A stretch of DNA of 64,000 nucleotides from Camelus dromedarius (taxonomy: Eukaryota): positions 83,702,001 to 83,766,000 of the forward strand of contig NC_087436.1 of the NCBI RefSeq assembly GCF_036321535.1, read 5' to 3'. The translations under genes and the position numbers were made by a program. Below the pieces are notes generated by a model. That model searched no databases and was not told the DNA's origin. It was given only the letters and a program-made list of their open reading frames with translations. The first letter of the stretch is position 1; each line of letters begins with the position of its first letter. This document shows, in pieces, positions 38,070-52,720 of this stretch.

Positions 38070-39400
38070 TGCAGCCGCTCGCTCCCTTCTCCAGGGAAGG
38101 CTCCGAGGGCCCCGCGGGGAAGCGACTCCCGGGACGCCGAGAAGGCACTGTTCTCCGTAGCGGTTACTAGTGCACAGATGCCCGCATTCGCGCCATTTAA
38201 AATGCCAAAATAGAAACGTACTGTATCTCGGTTTGAAAGAAATCAAGGGAGTCTTTGTCAAACTGCAATTTCCTTACTACTACCTAGAGCAGGGGGAGTA
38301 AAGAGTAAAGGGGCTGCGAAATCCACGAGTGAGCCTCCCACAGGCTCACGCGTCTCCCAGGTGCAGTGAGCTTTGCAGAGAGACGCCTCTATCGCGACTT
38401 CTGTGACTTAAACCTCGAGCGGCTCGCCAGGGAGGAGAGACCTGATACCCAGTTTGACCGCCCCCCGCTGCGCCCCACCTGCCCAGGGCTTGTTGAGATG
38501 GGTGTTGCAGCGTGTAAGCCCCAGGTCCTCTCCCGAACCCTGTCGCCTCGGGGAGCCCGCCTCTGCCTTCCGCCAGCAGTCGCGTCCGCTGGCTCCTACC
38601 TTAGCTCGTAATCCTCGCTCCGGCTCGTCCCGTCCCCGCCGGCAGACTGGGCATTCCCGGGAGTCGGCGTTGGGAGGAGCGGACGCCGGGGCCGCTATTT
38701 GTAAACACGCTCCACGTGCGCTCGCCCTGCCCCATTCGCTCCAGGCACCTGAGGATGCGCAGCTTTCTCGCGAGCCCTCAGAGGATGCGACTATTACTCC
38801 ACCTGAGGATGGAGGAAGCCTCGCCCACAGAGCTGGGACACTGGGAAAAGGGCTAAGACAGGGTGAGCTTGTCCCGCCCCCTGCTGGCGGGCGAGGCAGT
38901 CTGCAGCCTGGAGCAGACGGGCCCTTAGCCGAACCCACGCGGCTCCCGGAGACGCCGCAGCTGCTGGGCCCGTCCTCTCCCGCCCGCTCGCGGAAGACCC
39001 CGCCCCCGTGCCGCGCGCGCTCGCAAGCGCAGGCCCCGCCCCCTCGGCGACACAACGTTCCTGCGGGGGCGCGCGCGTGCACCCTAATCCCCCGCCTTCC
39101 GGCTCCGGCCGCGACGCTCGCCGCTCGCCGCCGCCGCCGCGCCGCCAGTGTCAGCCTCCCTCTGGAGACTCCATTTGCCCTCAGGGCGGTCTGGCCCCCG
39201 CGAAGGCAGGCGGAGAGCGATGCCCCCGGCCCGCGGACGGGCGTCCCTTGTGCCCAGCGCCCGCTCGCTCGCTGGCTGGCCGCCGCGGTGACAGCCTGGT
39301 CGCCAGCGTCCACGGAGGAATCCGGGCTCCCTCCCCGGGAGCAAAGACGTCCCGCGTTCCGGAGCTCGTCCTGCGGGGAGAGGCCCTCGCTAACACGGCT
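38070..39400. promoter_or_regulatory. TIGD2: CpG island promoter of TIGD2, probably bidirectional
   Basis: Very high GC and CpG density, several CCCCGCCCC GC boxes (~38998-39042), (GCC)n at ~39127-39145, ~1.1 kb upstream of the TIGD2 ATG. Confidence 0.9.
38875..38887 (-). promoter_or_regulatory. CTCF core motif
   Basis: Minus strand CCAGCAGGGGGCG, an exact match to the core consensus. Confidence 0.6.
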
Positions 39401-40489
39401 TCTCTCTGACCTCTTAATTTCAGGAGGTAGGCGATTCAGGTCCCGCTCCCTGACACTCTAGATAATGCCTAAAAGCAGCATTTGTCGTATTTGGCCATCA
39501 CATTAATAGGAGGCGTTAAATTTCTCAACATAGTTGCAGGATAGATGTGGGTAATGCCACAGACCCTGATATTGAAAGAAAAATGTTTTTGGTATTTTCC
39601 TTTAGGTTTCCGAGGCTCCGAGTGCCTATACAGCCCCCGACAGGAACTACTTCTGTTGGCCCATCGAGGATCATCTTTCACCAGGATTTTTGTAACATCT
39701 TCACTGAGCCTTCCACCCCATACCCTCTACCATGAGCCCTGATTTCTGCCAATGAAGTTTTTTGGTGCTTTAACCACGTGACACCATTTCTTGTCCACCT
39801 TTTTCCCTTTTCAGTTGCCAAATACATTAGGTAGAAGTTCGTGTCGTGTTAAAGTACAAAGTTTTGCCTGTCCACTTTCAGCTTATTTGCACCGCTTACC
39901 TCTGTCCAGCTTGCCATACCTTGCTTGCCTGTGATTTCCATAACCACTCACTTGCGTAACCTATAGCAGTCCTTGCCTGGAGGGGCAGCATTCCATACAG
40001 CGCACTGCCTGACAAGGACAGCAGTTAGGGGGTGGGTGAGTTCTTCCATTCTAGTTCCCTGTCTGTCAAGGCTGCAAGTCCTGTCTGAAACTATTTACTC
40101 CCTAGCACGTTTCCCCTAATACTCTCCCCTGAGTCTCAGTTCCTTCAGCATAGAACCTTGCCCGTAATGACGGCAGGAAGAATTAGGTATGCAGTAGGGC
40201 TGTCTTAGAGACTTTGCTGGTCTGGCATTGGTTGCCATCTCTGTTGAAATTGCAATTCACGAAATGATCTTAAACTCAGTGGGAAAGAAGCAAGCTAGAA
40301 GATAGGAGTAATTGGAGCTAGTCCTTATTGAAAGAACTTTGAAAGTTTTAAAGCAGCCAAGCGAAGAGAGTCACATAAGCCTTGCCTAGAAATTGGCCAG
40401 CACACTTGTCCATCTAGATTCAAAGGGTGAGGAAAGGGATCTTAAAACACCATTTTCTAGTCTCATTGTGCTCAAATCTACGTTGTTAA

Positions 40490-42109
<1,620 letters not shown>

Positions 42110-42335
42110 TAATGCTCTTAAGGGCTTCAGTGGATTTGCATCGTTGTGACTTTATCTGCAGTGGAACTTAATTATCTTGTTTGAAATGCTGTGGATTTCA
42201 AGGCCAAATACATTTTATAAATGACTGTAGGATTAGATGCCGTTTTGGATTACTTAAATCACTGCGCTTTCATGTCGATTCTAGGAAGTGAGCCTTGACC
42301 TGTACCTTGTCCGTCCCGTTTCTAATCTGTATTAT

Positions 42336-42459
42336 ACTAATTAGATCATAAGGTACCTGAGGCCAGGGATTTTGTGTCTGTTTTGTGCCTGAATTTCATT
42401 ATGTCTAATAGAGGACCATGCACACTGTAGGCAATCAATAAATCTGACTTAAATTGAAT
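42336..42459 (+). mobile_element. L2 3'-end fragment in the TIGD2 3'UTR
   Basis: TTAGATCATAAGGTACCTGAGGCCAGGGATTTTGTGTCTG...GCACACTGTAGGCAATCAATAAAT follows the L2 terminal consensus. Confidence 0.75.
42437..42442 (+). terminator. TIGD2: Probable TIGD2 polyadenylation signal
   Basis: First AATAAA after the stop codon (~330 nt downstream), followed by a T-rich tract from ~42459. Confidence 0.7.
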
Positions 42460-43099
42460 TTTTATGACTTTCTCTGAACTTCACTTTCCAAATTGAAATG
42501 TACGGGGGTTAAGTTTCCATTTCTACAATTTTTCTGCCTGCTGAAAATTTTAGAACTCAGCAGAAGTTATGCTCGAAGTACATGTATTTCACTGTGAAAG
42601 CAGAGAACTGAAGGAAAATAGTCTAAAGCTTTAAATATGGCATTCTGTACCAACAGTATTTGGACAATCAGCAGTTCAGATGGGCTGTCTCTGAGTATAA
42701 TGAAGGAAAAAGAAATAAGGTTAAAGCATCCCCAGGGAAAGGGTTTGCGCTTCACTTTTATTTCATCTGACAGTAGGGAGAGTTCCTTCAGAGTTGTGGA
42801 AAGACTGCCATCCCTGTTCCAGAAACATAGATTTCATTTTCCAAATCATTGCTATTAGAAGAGTTAAGGGTTAAATTATATTTATTATCTGTCATATTGA
42901 TCCTTTATTAGTATAGATAATGTCAGTGGTTCTTCTCTTTAGTAAGGTCTTTAATGTAACATTTTAAAGTTCAGAGTATGTCATTTGCTTTCATACAGCA
43001 TGTTTTTTGGTGGGAACTAATACTGGGAACATAAGCACATAGAATTTATGGAACCGTCACACAAACAATGTACTGACATTAATCAAACATGAGAAGGCA

Positions 43100-43290
43100 C
43101 TATAGAGCAGCGTGGGCTGCTGTGTGACCTTGGGCAAGTTCCTTAACCCATCTGTAAAACAGGAATAATACCTGCCTCCCAGAGTTTTTGTAAGGAATAA
43201 ATGAGTTAATATATAGATTTTAAGTAACACAGGCTTAGAACAGGACCTGGCTCAGAATTAGTCCTCTTGAGTGTTAGTTGCTGTTACTGA
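43100..43290 (+). mobile_element. MIR
   Basis: GCTGTGTGACCTTGGGCAAGTTCCTTAACC...ATCTGTAAAACAGGAATAATA...TAAATGAGTTAATA. Confidence 0.85.
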
Positions 43291-46200
43291 GTTGCCAAAA
43301 TGAGGAGTTTCAGAAGTATGCTCAACAGATCAGTGTGTGACTCAACCCTGACGTTGCTGCATTGGGAAAACCCTTTAAGAGGGAAGTGAGATAAAAAGAG
43401 ATGCAAGTGACTCAATTCAGCTGAAATGCAATAACAATTTATTTCAGTGAAAACTGGAAGGTTAATCCAATTTAGAAATCATTTCCTGACCATCTCCTGC
43501 TAGGCACAGTGAGATATGCAGGCACGGTTAAGACATCTTAGGTTGAAAAAGGAAATGGGGATGGAATTGTAATCTCTTTGCTCCAGGCCTGCTAATAAAA
43601 TACATAAATGTTGGCTTTGTTCATAGAATCTGTTCCCAATATTGGCATAATTCACTGATGTAATAAAATACCTTTAAAGCAGATAACAGCAGGACACTTG
43701 AAATATCAAACACAGGATCAGTAGAAAATTAGAGCAAAAGAAATGTCACAGGAGACTGGTTAGACTGGTTATAACCATTAGGTCCAGGCAGAGATAGATA
43801 GGGAGCTTTGTTGTGATTGATTTGAGGAGATTTTAGAAGCTCTGACACTCCATGAAGCTACAGTTAGAGCTCAAAATTCTGCCTTTTGACAAAGCAGAGG
43901 CTTTGAGTTCGAGAAAAGCCTTTTCAGAAAACCTCTAAGAATCTACTTTCTTTGGGAGAATTTATATATTATTATTAACACACTTTACTCAGTTTACACA
44001 ACTGAACTTACTAGAAAGGCCTATGGAAATGAAGTTTTGCACAGATAAATCCTGAAGCTGTTTAATTTCTTGGAGGCAAAGGGATTCTGAAGCCTAAAAA
44101 GGGTGATGACATATTTGAATACTGCTCTGCATTTTTCACGGAGCTTTTTGCTAACAAAAACTTTTCAAACTTCCTTCAGTCATGACATTGAAATGGTTTA
44201 ATCCTGTGTTTTATCATAAACACACATAAACTGTATTCTAATTCCATAATGAATTGTAATACAAAAATCTTTTCCTTTTCCAGGTATTGTTACACTAATG
44301 ATATCCTCTAGGAAGATGCACCGTGTTATCTTGGTTAACCACATGCTCCTTGTATGGATCCTAGTTTGAGAAGCACAGAAATGATGTGCTCTCATTTGAC
44401 TTTGTGCCCGTTAAAGAAAATATCTGCAAATGTTTAAATAAACATATTTTTTAGAGGATTTGATAGACTAACAGAACTCAGACCAAATGGAAAGTGTTTG
44501 GCAACTGAGAGTATATTTTTAAAAAATTATGTAGTGGGAGTATCTACTATTTCATAATTCAATCACAGAGAGTAATCTAGGGGTTGACGGGAAAACTTTG
44601 AGTGCCCAGTAAACATAATATAGTTGGCAGGGCCAGATCAGTAGCCACAGTCAATTCCAGCAAAATTACATGATTATAATGGTGCTCTTGTCCTGGGATT
44701 CTTTCTATTTTCATTCTTTCTTCAGACTGAGCTCTGCGGTCACTTCATTATGAATTTTCTGGATTTAGGGAGGATCATGGTGGACTAAATGGCACAGCTG
44801 ACATGAAGCAGGTCATGGCTACTTAAGTCATGGTCTCAGAGACACGCTGCCTCCAGTGACGTGGCCAGAGCCACACGAAGTATTACAGTCAAAGCTAGGA
44901 TGTGCACTTCACACTGAGCCCTCCCTCAGGAGGGCTGTGTCCACTTACTAGTATCTTCATGAAGTTGACCTTTCCTTAGACATAAAGTTAAGGTACTTTA
45001 TCTATAGCCTAAGCAAAATCACAGGTCTTATGTGCCAGCTGTGTTCTCTTTCTAGCTCAAGTTAAAGTAAATATAAAATAATTTTGTTTTTATAATGACC
45101 ATCTATAGCCCAAAATTATCTTGCATACCTCCTTGGCACACTTTGTGGAACTCTGGCCCAGCAGAAGGAGTGGGGTTGTGGAAGAGTGATGGATTGGAGG
45201 ACAAATACCAGCTTCTCCGCTTTCTCCCTAGATAACCTCGACAGCTTTCTAGACCTCTCTGAACCTCAGTTTTCTTCATATGTGAAAAGGTAGCAGGTTA
45301 AACAGGCACCCTCCAGGTGTTCATAAACACCAACTAGCAAGCAACCCTGTGGCTGTTCATTAAGAACTGGTCTGCAGGCTTGGCTGGGAAAATGAGTCAC
45401 AGCCCTTCTCTCACAGTGCCCCTGTGCAGACCTCCGGGAGGCCTGGGCACCCTTGTTGAGGTCTAGGGCACTGCCTCATCCCTGGGAATGCTGGCTGGGG
45501 TGTCTGCATAGGTGGGAGGGCGGTGCTCAGTCTCCCAGGCCCTTAAGACTACAGCATGTGCTGTCAATCACCGCAGGGTCCTATCAGTTTGGAAAAAAAA
45601 AAAAAAATACAGTGAGGCCTCCTCTAGCTGTGGTCCAGGGCAACAGGGCTCAAGGAGAAATGGATTCTTCCAAACAGCTGAAGGCATTTTTGTGAGATGA
45701 CGAGCTCATACACTGAAAGCGGAAATGCAAACTGCCCGTGCAAGGGCAGGGGGACCTGGAGGAGCAGACCTGCACCCAGTCAGGAAGCAGCACCAGCAGC
45801 GTCAGCACTGTCCCCCATCTGACTGATGAGGCCGGGGGCCCTGGGCCTGGTATGCCCAGCAATGTCCTGGTTGACGCTGGTCGTCCCAGAGTAAGCGTTC
45901 CACTGCCCTTTTTACTCTCAAGTGTCCCAGCTCAGAACAGAAATTAGTTTCCCCCATCAGTGACCTAGAGAAGGGAGTTGATCTGCCCAAGGTCACACAG
46001 TTGCTGGGACCAAGAAGGGAGTAGAAGTTGCTTCTCTCAGCTCTAGGCAGTGTGGCCTCGTGGCCAATGGATGGGCTCCCTACAGAGAGAGTGCCTCCAA
46101 GGGCGGGGCTGCAATCCTGATCCCACTTCACCTTGGAGCCCAGCACAGCGCCTGCCTCCTCAAATCAGGTGGGAAGTCCTTTAGTGAGATCCCGTCTCTC

Positions 46201-48416
46201 CTGGAGGGCGAGGCGTGCTCCCAGTCCACATGCCATGTCTGCTGTGAGCCAGACACAATGCTGGGTGTCCACAAATCAATGTCTATGCTGCGATCCTCAA
46301 CACCAATTGTGTGAAGTATAATACTTCACCTGCCTCAGAGGGAGCCCAGAGGGAGCTGGCAGAGACCCCACCAAACATTCCTGTCTGAGACAAGGATGGA
46401 GATCACAGCCCTTGCAGGAAACTGCCGTCCTCTGTTCCCCACCCCGGGCATCCAGGCTGCAGGGATCCATGAGACCCTCAGCCAAGGCCTTCCTTAAAAC
46501 CACTTTAGTTGGGTGTAATTCCAGAGAATGCTTCCACCAGCACTATTCCCCAGGCAGCTGAGTATCATTGTCAATCCATCAGGTTCAGAAAATCCTCCAG
46601 TGAAGCTCCATGCAGCTGACAGTTACAGTCATCATGAGGGCATCTTCTAAATTTTCTTCTGATCAAAAGATCAGGCCTGGGGCTGGAAGGTAAATCCAGC
46701 GGTGTCTCCACAGGTCACTGCAGCAGCCAATATCCCTTCCACGTTGACGTCCCTGGTTGGGGCAGGGGTGCCGAAGCCCATCCTTGTTCCTGGCTCCTCA
46801 CTGTTCCTCCTAGTGAAGGTGGACTCAGGCCCCAAGCCTGTCTGCCTTGGGGACCCATGTCGAGAACATACTTGCTTAGTATAATTTGCCAGAAAGCCAG
46901 AAACAAAAAGTGTTATAAATGTGTAATGAAATGTGTAAGGCATACTGTTTTCCACATTTTTTGGCCAACCTAAAGGTGGATACAAAAATGTTTAGTGTAG
47001 TTCCTTTACAGAAATTTAGGTGTGATTTATGAATATCCCTAGAACTTCAAGGATAGACATTTGGGGTTTTCTGTGTTCATAGTGACTCTGTAATGATATT
47101 ATTAGCTATTACCACTGTAACTGATTAAGTCACCAGGGGAGATACTACCTTAGAGTTACTATACAGATATTAAAGAAATCAGTGAGATTTTGGAACACTT
47201 AACTTTTTTTCCCTTAAAGTAGAAGAGAAAAATTGACTGTAGGACTCAGCCTCATTAAAATATGAAGTAACCTCTACCAAAAGTGCTTTTGTAAACTTGT
47301 AACCAAATCACATCTAAGTTCTTCTAAGGCCAACAAAAATGATACCCAGTTCTTTCCTGCATTTCAGAATATGGTGATCATCTGAAACTTACTTACAAAG
47401 GAAATACAATTACCTTTCAGCCTAAAAAAAGACAAAGTAAACTTAAGGAAAACAGTTTTTCTCATCTACTGAAGCAATTGATTTTTTTTTTAAAAAGTAA
47501 TATCACAGAATAAAGTTTTAAAGATACTATTTTTCCTTAATGAGAAATGTCTGAGAGCATACACATAAACTTGGTATGTTAATTTAAGATGACAGAGAAC
47601 CTAGATTTTTTTAAATCCCTTTTTGGCTTTAAAACTATAACTTAAAAGTTGAATTCAATAGGAGTCTTGATAATCTATGTGATCTAAATCAATCTTATAT
47701 ATTTTAAGCTATTTCAATGTGATAATCATAACAATTTGACTCACAAAGTATGGCTGTATTTTTAAAAATTGTCATTGAGGGACAGTATGTAGGGATAACA
47801 TTTCCATGTTCTATTAATCAGCTTTTGGGGGCCATTTGCTGATTTACTTTAATATTTGGGGGAATTTGTGTCCCCTTAGTGTGTTAATAAGGTATTTCAA
47901 CCATTGCACATAAATTACCTAAATTATTTTTTTATAAAAACTAGAGAATGAAGGGTTTTGTTCCTGCACTGTACAAATATTCAGTACTGTAAATTAGACC
48001 CATCAGTTACATTGGCACAATACATAATAAAAATGTCTCCACCATTAGAAAAACTACTGTTACTTCATTGATTCCAAAGATACACATTTTAATACCTGTG
48101 AAATTGATATACTTGTGATCAATAACACCTTGCAGTTATAGTTGACAGCATTTTTGTCTTTCTTAATGGTATGTAAAATAATGATATCTTCTAGGTTCTA
48201 TGAAATATAAAAATATTAGTGTAAATCTTGCCTTTCTTTTGAAAACAGAACTAGAAGTAATGATGTACATAAAAATTTTCCATTTAGTATATATATATTT
48301 ATAAAAACAGTTCTAAATATATATAAAATTATAAATATATAATAAAAATTGCAATGTAATAACATGAATATACAAAATTTAGATATTGAAAAGATAATCT
48401 TAGTTCAGGTATAATA

Positions 48417-48790
48417 TTTTTTAACATTTTTTACTAATTTATAATCATTTTACAATGTTGTGTCAAATTCCAGTGTAGAGCACAATTTTTCAGTTATACA
48501 TGAACATATATATATATATATATATATGTTCATTGTCACATTTTTTTCTCTGTGAGCTACCATAAGATCTTGTATATATTTCCCTGTGCTATACAGTATA
48601 ATCTTGTTTATCTATTCTACAATTTTGAAATCCCAGTCTGTCTCTTCCCACTCCCCGCCCCCTTGGCAACCACAAGTTTGTATTCTATGTCTGTGAGTCT
48701 CTTTCTGTTTTGTATTTTTTTGTTTTTTGTTTGTTTGTTTGTTTTAGATTCCACATACGAGCACTCTCATATGGTATTTTTCTTTCTTTC
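48417..48790 (-). mobile_element. Lineage-specific L1 3' end (copy A)
   Basis: Complete L1 3'UTR through the last ORF2 codons, with (TA)n; similar to the 13492-13672 copy. Confidence 0.9.
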
Positions 48791-51700
48791 TTTTTTTTTA
48801 ACATTTTTTATTGATTTATAATCATTTTACAATGTTCTGTCAAATTCCAGTGTTCAGCACAATTTTTCAGTTATTCATGGACATATACACACTCATTGTC
48901 ACATTTTTTTCTCTGAGAGTTATCATAACATTTTGTGTATATTTCCCTGTGCTATACAGTGTAGTCTATTCTACAATTTTGAAATCCCAGTCTATCCCTT
49001 CCCACTCTCCACCCCCCTGGTAACCACAAGGCTGTATTCTCTGTCTGTGAGTCTATTTCTGTCCTTTATTTACGCTTTGTTTTTGTTTGTTTGTTTGTTT
49101 TTGTTTTTGTTTTTTAGATTCCACATATGAGCGATCTCATATGGTATTTTTCTTTCTCTTTCTGGCTTACTTCACTTAGAATGGCATTCTCCAGGAGCAT
49201 CCATGTTGCTGCAAATGGCATTATGTTGTTGGTTTTTATGGCTGAGTAGTATTCCATTGTATAAATATACCACCTCTTCTTTATCCAGTCACCTGTTGAT
49301 GGACATTTAGGCTGTTTCCATGTTTTGCCTATTGTAAATAGTGCTGCTATGAACATTGGGGTGCAGGTGTCATCCTGAAGTAGATTTCCTTCTGGATACA
49401 AGCCCAGCAGTGGGATTCCTGGGTCATACAGTAAGTCTATTCCTAGTCTTTTGAGGAATCTCCATACCGTTTTCCACAGTGGCTGCACCAAACTGCATTC
49501 CCACCAGCAGTGTAGGAGGGTTCCCCTTTCTCCACAGCCTCTCCAGCATTTGTCATTTGTGGATTTTTGAATGATGGCCATTCTGACTGGTGTGAGGTGA
49601 TACCTCATTGTAGTTTTGATTTGCATTTCTCTGATAATTAGTGATATTGAGCATTTTTTCATGTGTCTATTGATCGTTTGTATGTCTTCCTTGGAGAATT
49701 GCTTGTTTAGGTCTTCTGCCCATTTTTGGATTGGGTTGTTTATTTTTTTCTTATTGAGTCGTATGAGCTGCTTATATATTCTGGAGATCAAGCCTTTGTC
49801 AGTTTCACTTGCAAAAATTTTCTCCCATTCCGTAGGTTTTCTTCTTGTTTTATTTCTGGTTTCCTTTGCTGTGCAGAAGCTTGTAAGTTTCACTAGGTCC
49901 CATTTGTTTATTCTTGCTTTTATTTCTTCTAGGAGAAAATTTTTGAGATGTATGTCAGATAATGTTTTGCCTATGTTTTCCTCTAGGAGGTTTATTGTAT
50001 CTTGTCTTATGTTTAAGTCTTTGATCCATTTTGAGTTTATTTTTGTGTATGGTGTAAGGGAGTGTTCTAGCTTCATTGTTTTACATGCTGCTGTCCAGTT
50101 TTCCCAACACCATTTGCTGAAGAGACTGTCTTTATTCCATTGTATAGTCTTGCCTCCTTTGTCGAAGATGAGTTGACCAAAAGTTTGTGGGTTCATTTCT
50201 GGGCTCTCTATTCTGTTCCATTGGTCTATATGTCTGTTTTTTGTACCAATACCATGCTGTCTTGATGACTGTAGCTCTATAGTATTGTCTGAAGTCTGGG
50301 AGAGTTATTCGTCCAGCCTCTTTCTTTCTCTTCAGTAATGCTTTGGCAATTCTAGGCCTTTGATGGTTCCATATAAATTTTATTATGATTTGTTCTAGTT
50401 CTGTGAAACATGTCCTGGGTAATTTGATAGGGATTGCATTAAATCTGTAGATTGCCTTGGGCAGTGTGACCATTTTAACAATATTGATTCTTCCAATCCA
50501 AGAGCATGGGATATCTTTCCATTTTTTAAAGTTTTCTTTCATCATTCCTTCATCAGTGGTTTATAGTTTTCTGTGTATAATTCTTTCACCTCCTTGGTTA
50601 GATTTATTCCTAGGTATTTTATTACTTTGGGTGCTATTTTAAAGGGGATTGTTTCTTTACTTTCTTTTTCTGTTGATTCATCATTAGTGTAAAGAAATGC
50701 CACTGATTTTTGAACGTTAATCTTGTAACCTGCTACCTTGCTGAATTCTTCAATCAACTCTAGTAGTTTTTGTGTGGACCTTTTAGGGTTTTCTATATAT
50801 AGTAACATGTCGGCATATAGTGACACTTTTACATCTTCTTTTCCAATTTGGATCCCTTTTATTTCTCTCTCTTGTCTGATTGCTGTGGCTAGGACTTCCA
50901 AGACTATGTTGAATAGGAGTGGTGATAGTGGGCATCCTTGTCTTGTCCCAGATTTTTAGTGGGAAGCTTTTCAGTTTTTCACCGTTGAGTACTATGCTGG
51001 CTGTAGGTTTGTCATATATAGCTTTTATTATGTTGAGATATGTTCCCTCTATACCCACTTTGGTGAGAGTTTTTATCATTAATGGGTGTTGAATTTTATC
51101 AAATGCTTTTTCTGCATCTATTGAGATGATCATGTGGTTTTTGTCCTTTCTCTTTTTGATGTGATTACACTGATTGATCTGCGTATGTTGAACCACTCTT
51201 GTGTCCCTGGGATGAACCCCACTTGGTCATGATGTATAATCTTTTTTATGTGTTGTTGGATTCTATTTGCTAATATTTTGGTGAGGATTTTGGCGTCTAT
51301 GTTCATCAGTGATATTGGCCTGTAATTCTCTTTTTTGGTAGTGTCTTTGCCTGGTTTTGGTATCAGGGTGATGGTGGCTTAACAGAATGAGTTTGGGAGT
51401 ATTCCCTCCTTTTCAATCTTCTGGAAGAGTTTGAGAAGGACTGGTATGAGTTCTTCTTTGTATGTTTGGTAGAATTCCCCGGTGAAGCTGTCCGGTCCTG
51501 GACTTTTATTTGTAGGGAGGTTTTTTATTGCTATTCAATTTCATTTCTAGTGATCGGTTTGTTCAAGTGGTCAGTTTCCTCTTGACTCAGTCTTGGTGGA
51601 CAGTATGTTTCCAGAAACTTGTCCATCTCCTCTAGGTTATCCAGTTATATAGTTTTTCATAATATTCTCGTATGATATTCTGTATTTCTATTTTGTTTGT

Positions 51701-52160
51701 TGTAATTTCTCCATTATCCTTTCTTATTTTGCTAATTTGTGCTCTCTCTTTTTTCTTCTTTGTGAATTTGGCCAGAAGTTTGTCAATTTTACTTTTTCAA
51801 AAAACCAGCTTTTGGTTTGACTGATTTTTAATATGGTCTTTTTAATCTCTATTTTATTTATTTCCTCCCTAATCTTTATAATTTCCTTCCTTCTGCTGCC
51901 TTTTGGGGTTTTTTGTTCTTCTTTTTCTATCTAGTTCATTCAGCTGGTGGGTTAAATTGTTTATTTGAGATTGTTCTTTTTTGAAGAAGGCCTGTATCTC
52001 TATAAACTTCCCTCTTAGCACTGCCTTTGCTGTGTCCCATAAGTTTTGTGTGGTTGTGCTTTCATTTTCATTTGTCTCAAGGTATTTTTTAATTTCAGCT
52101 TTGATTTCCTCATTGACCCATTGGTTTTTTTAATAACAAATTGTTTAATCTCCATGCTTT
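48791..52160 (-). mobile_element. Young 5'-truncated L1 (copy B tail plus ORF2 body); ORF2 frameshifted
   Basis: ORF2 frames 49114-50196 (360 aa, CCHC knuckle [18 protein letters not shown]), 50132-50545, 50542-50901 and 50783-51196 ([18 protein letters not shown]); truncated near the end of the endonuclease domain. Confidence 0.96.
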
Positions 52161-52379
52161 AGATAATCTTACTTCAGAAGTCTTATTTCATGATGCTATT
52201 AATTGCCAATACAGACACAATTATGTTTTACTAATTTAGGAGTAAAGATAGGGTAATCCTTTTAACTACTAGATGTTTTTTTAAAGACATGCTGCTTTAT
52301 TTCATTTAAATATATAAAATAAATATAGACCCATCAAAGTGTAGTCAAATAGTGGTTTTACTGGCCATATCTGTAATGA

Positions 52380-52720
52380 TTTGTATGTGAATTAATCTTG
52401 TTAGGAAGTTTCTAGATAGTTCAAGCATCTTGTGTTTTCCTTGTTTATGTGTTCTATCCATGTAATGTACCATAATAGGTTTTTGTTTGCTTTTGTGTAA
52501 TTGATTCATATTTCCTTAGTTTTAACCTAGTATCTTTGTCTGTTCCAGGACCCCATCCAGTAGACCACATTACACTTAATTTTCATATCTCCTTTGGCTT
52601 CTCTTGGCTGTAACAGTTTCTCAAGATGTACTTGTTTTTGATGATCTTGACAGTTTCGAGGAGTACCAGTCAGGAATTCTGTAGAATGTCCCTGTACCAT
52701 GCACCTATACCATAATTTGT
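52380..52720 (-). mobile_element. Old L1MC/ME 3'UTR fragment
   Basis: TCTGTTCCAGGACCCCATCCAG, CTTGTTTTTGATGATCTTGACAGTTT and TGTAGAATGTCCC. Confidence 0.65.

Noticed and set aside
38329..38349. 8-bp hairpin GTGAGCCT/AGGCTCAC; similar ones at ~22510 and ~44916
   Set aside because: Stems this short are expected by chance in 64 kb.
38408..39461. Long ORFs of 335 aa (+) and 301 aa (-) in the CpG island
   Set aside because: Non-ATG starts, Pro/Arg/Ala/Gly-rich, no recognisable domain; expected from stop-codon scarcity in GC-rich DNA.
45450..46990. GC-richer block with many short overlapping ORFs, possibly a pseudogene or exon
   Set aside because: No protein similarity I could recognise, no consistent frame, and it includes MIR-like pieces; needs tBLASTx to settle.
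49616..50176. 186-aa hydrophobic ORF on the plus strand
   Set aside because: Antisense frame of L1 ORF2, a common artefact.
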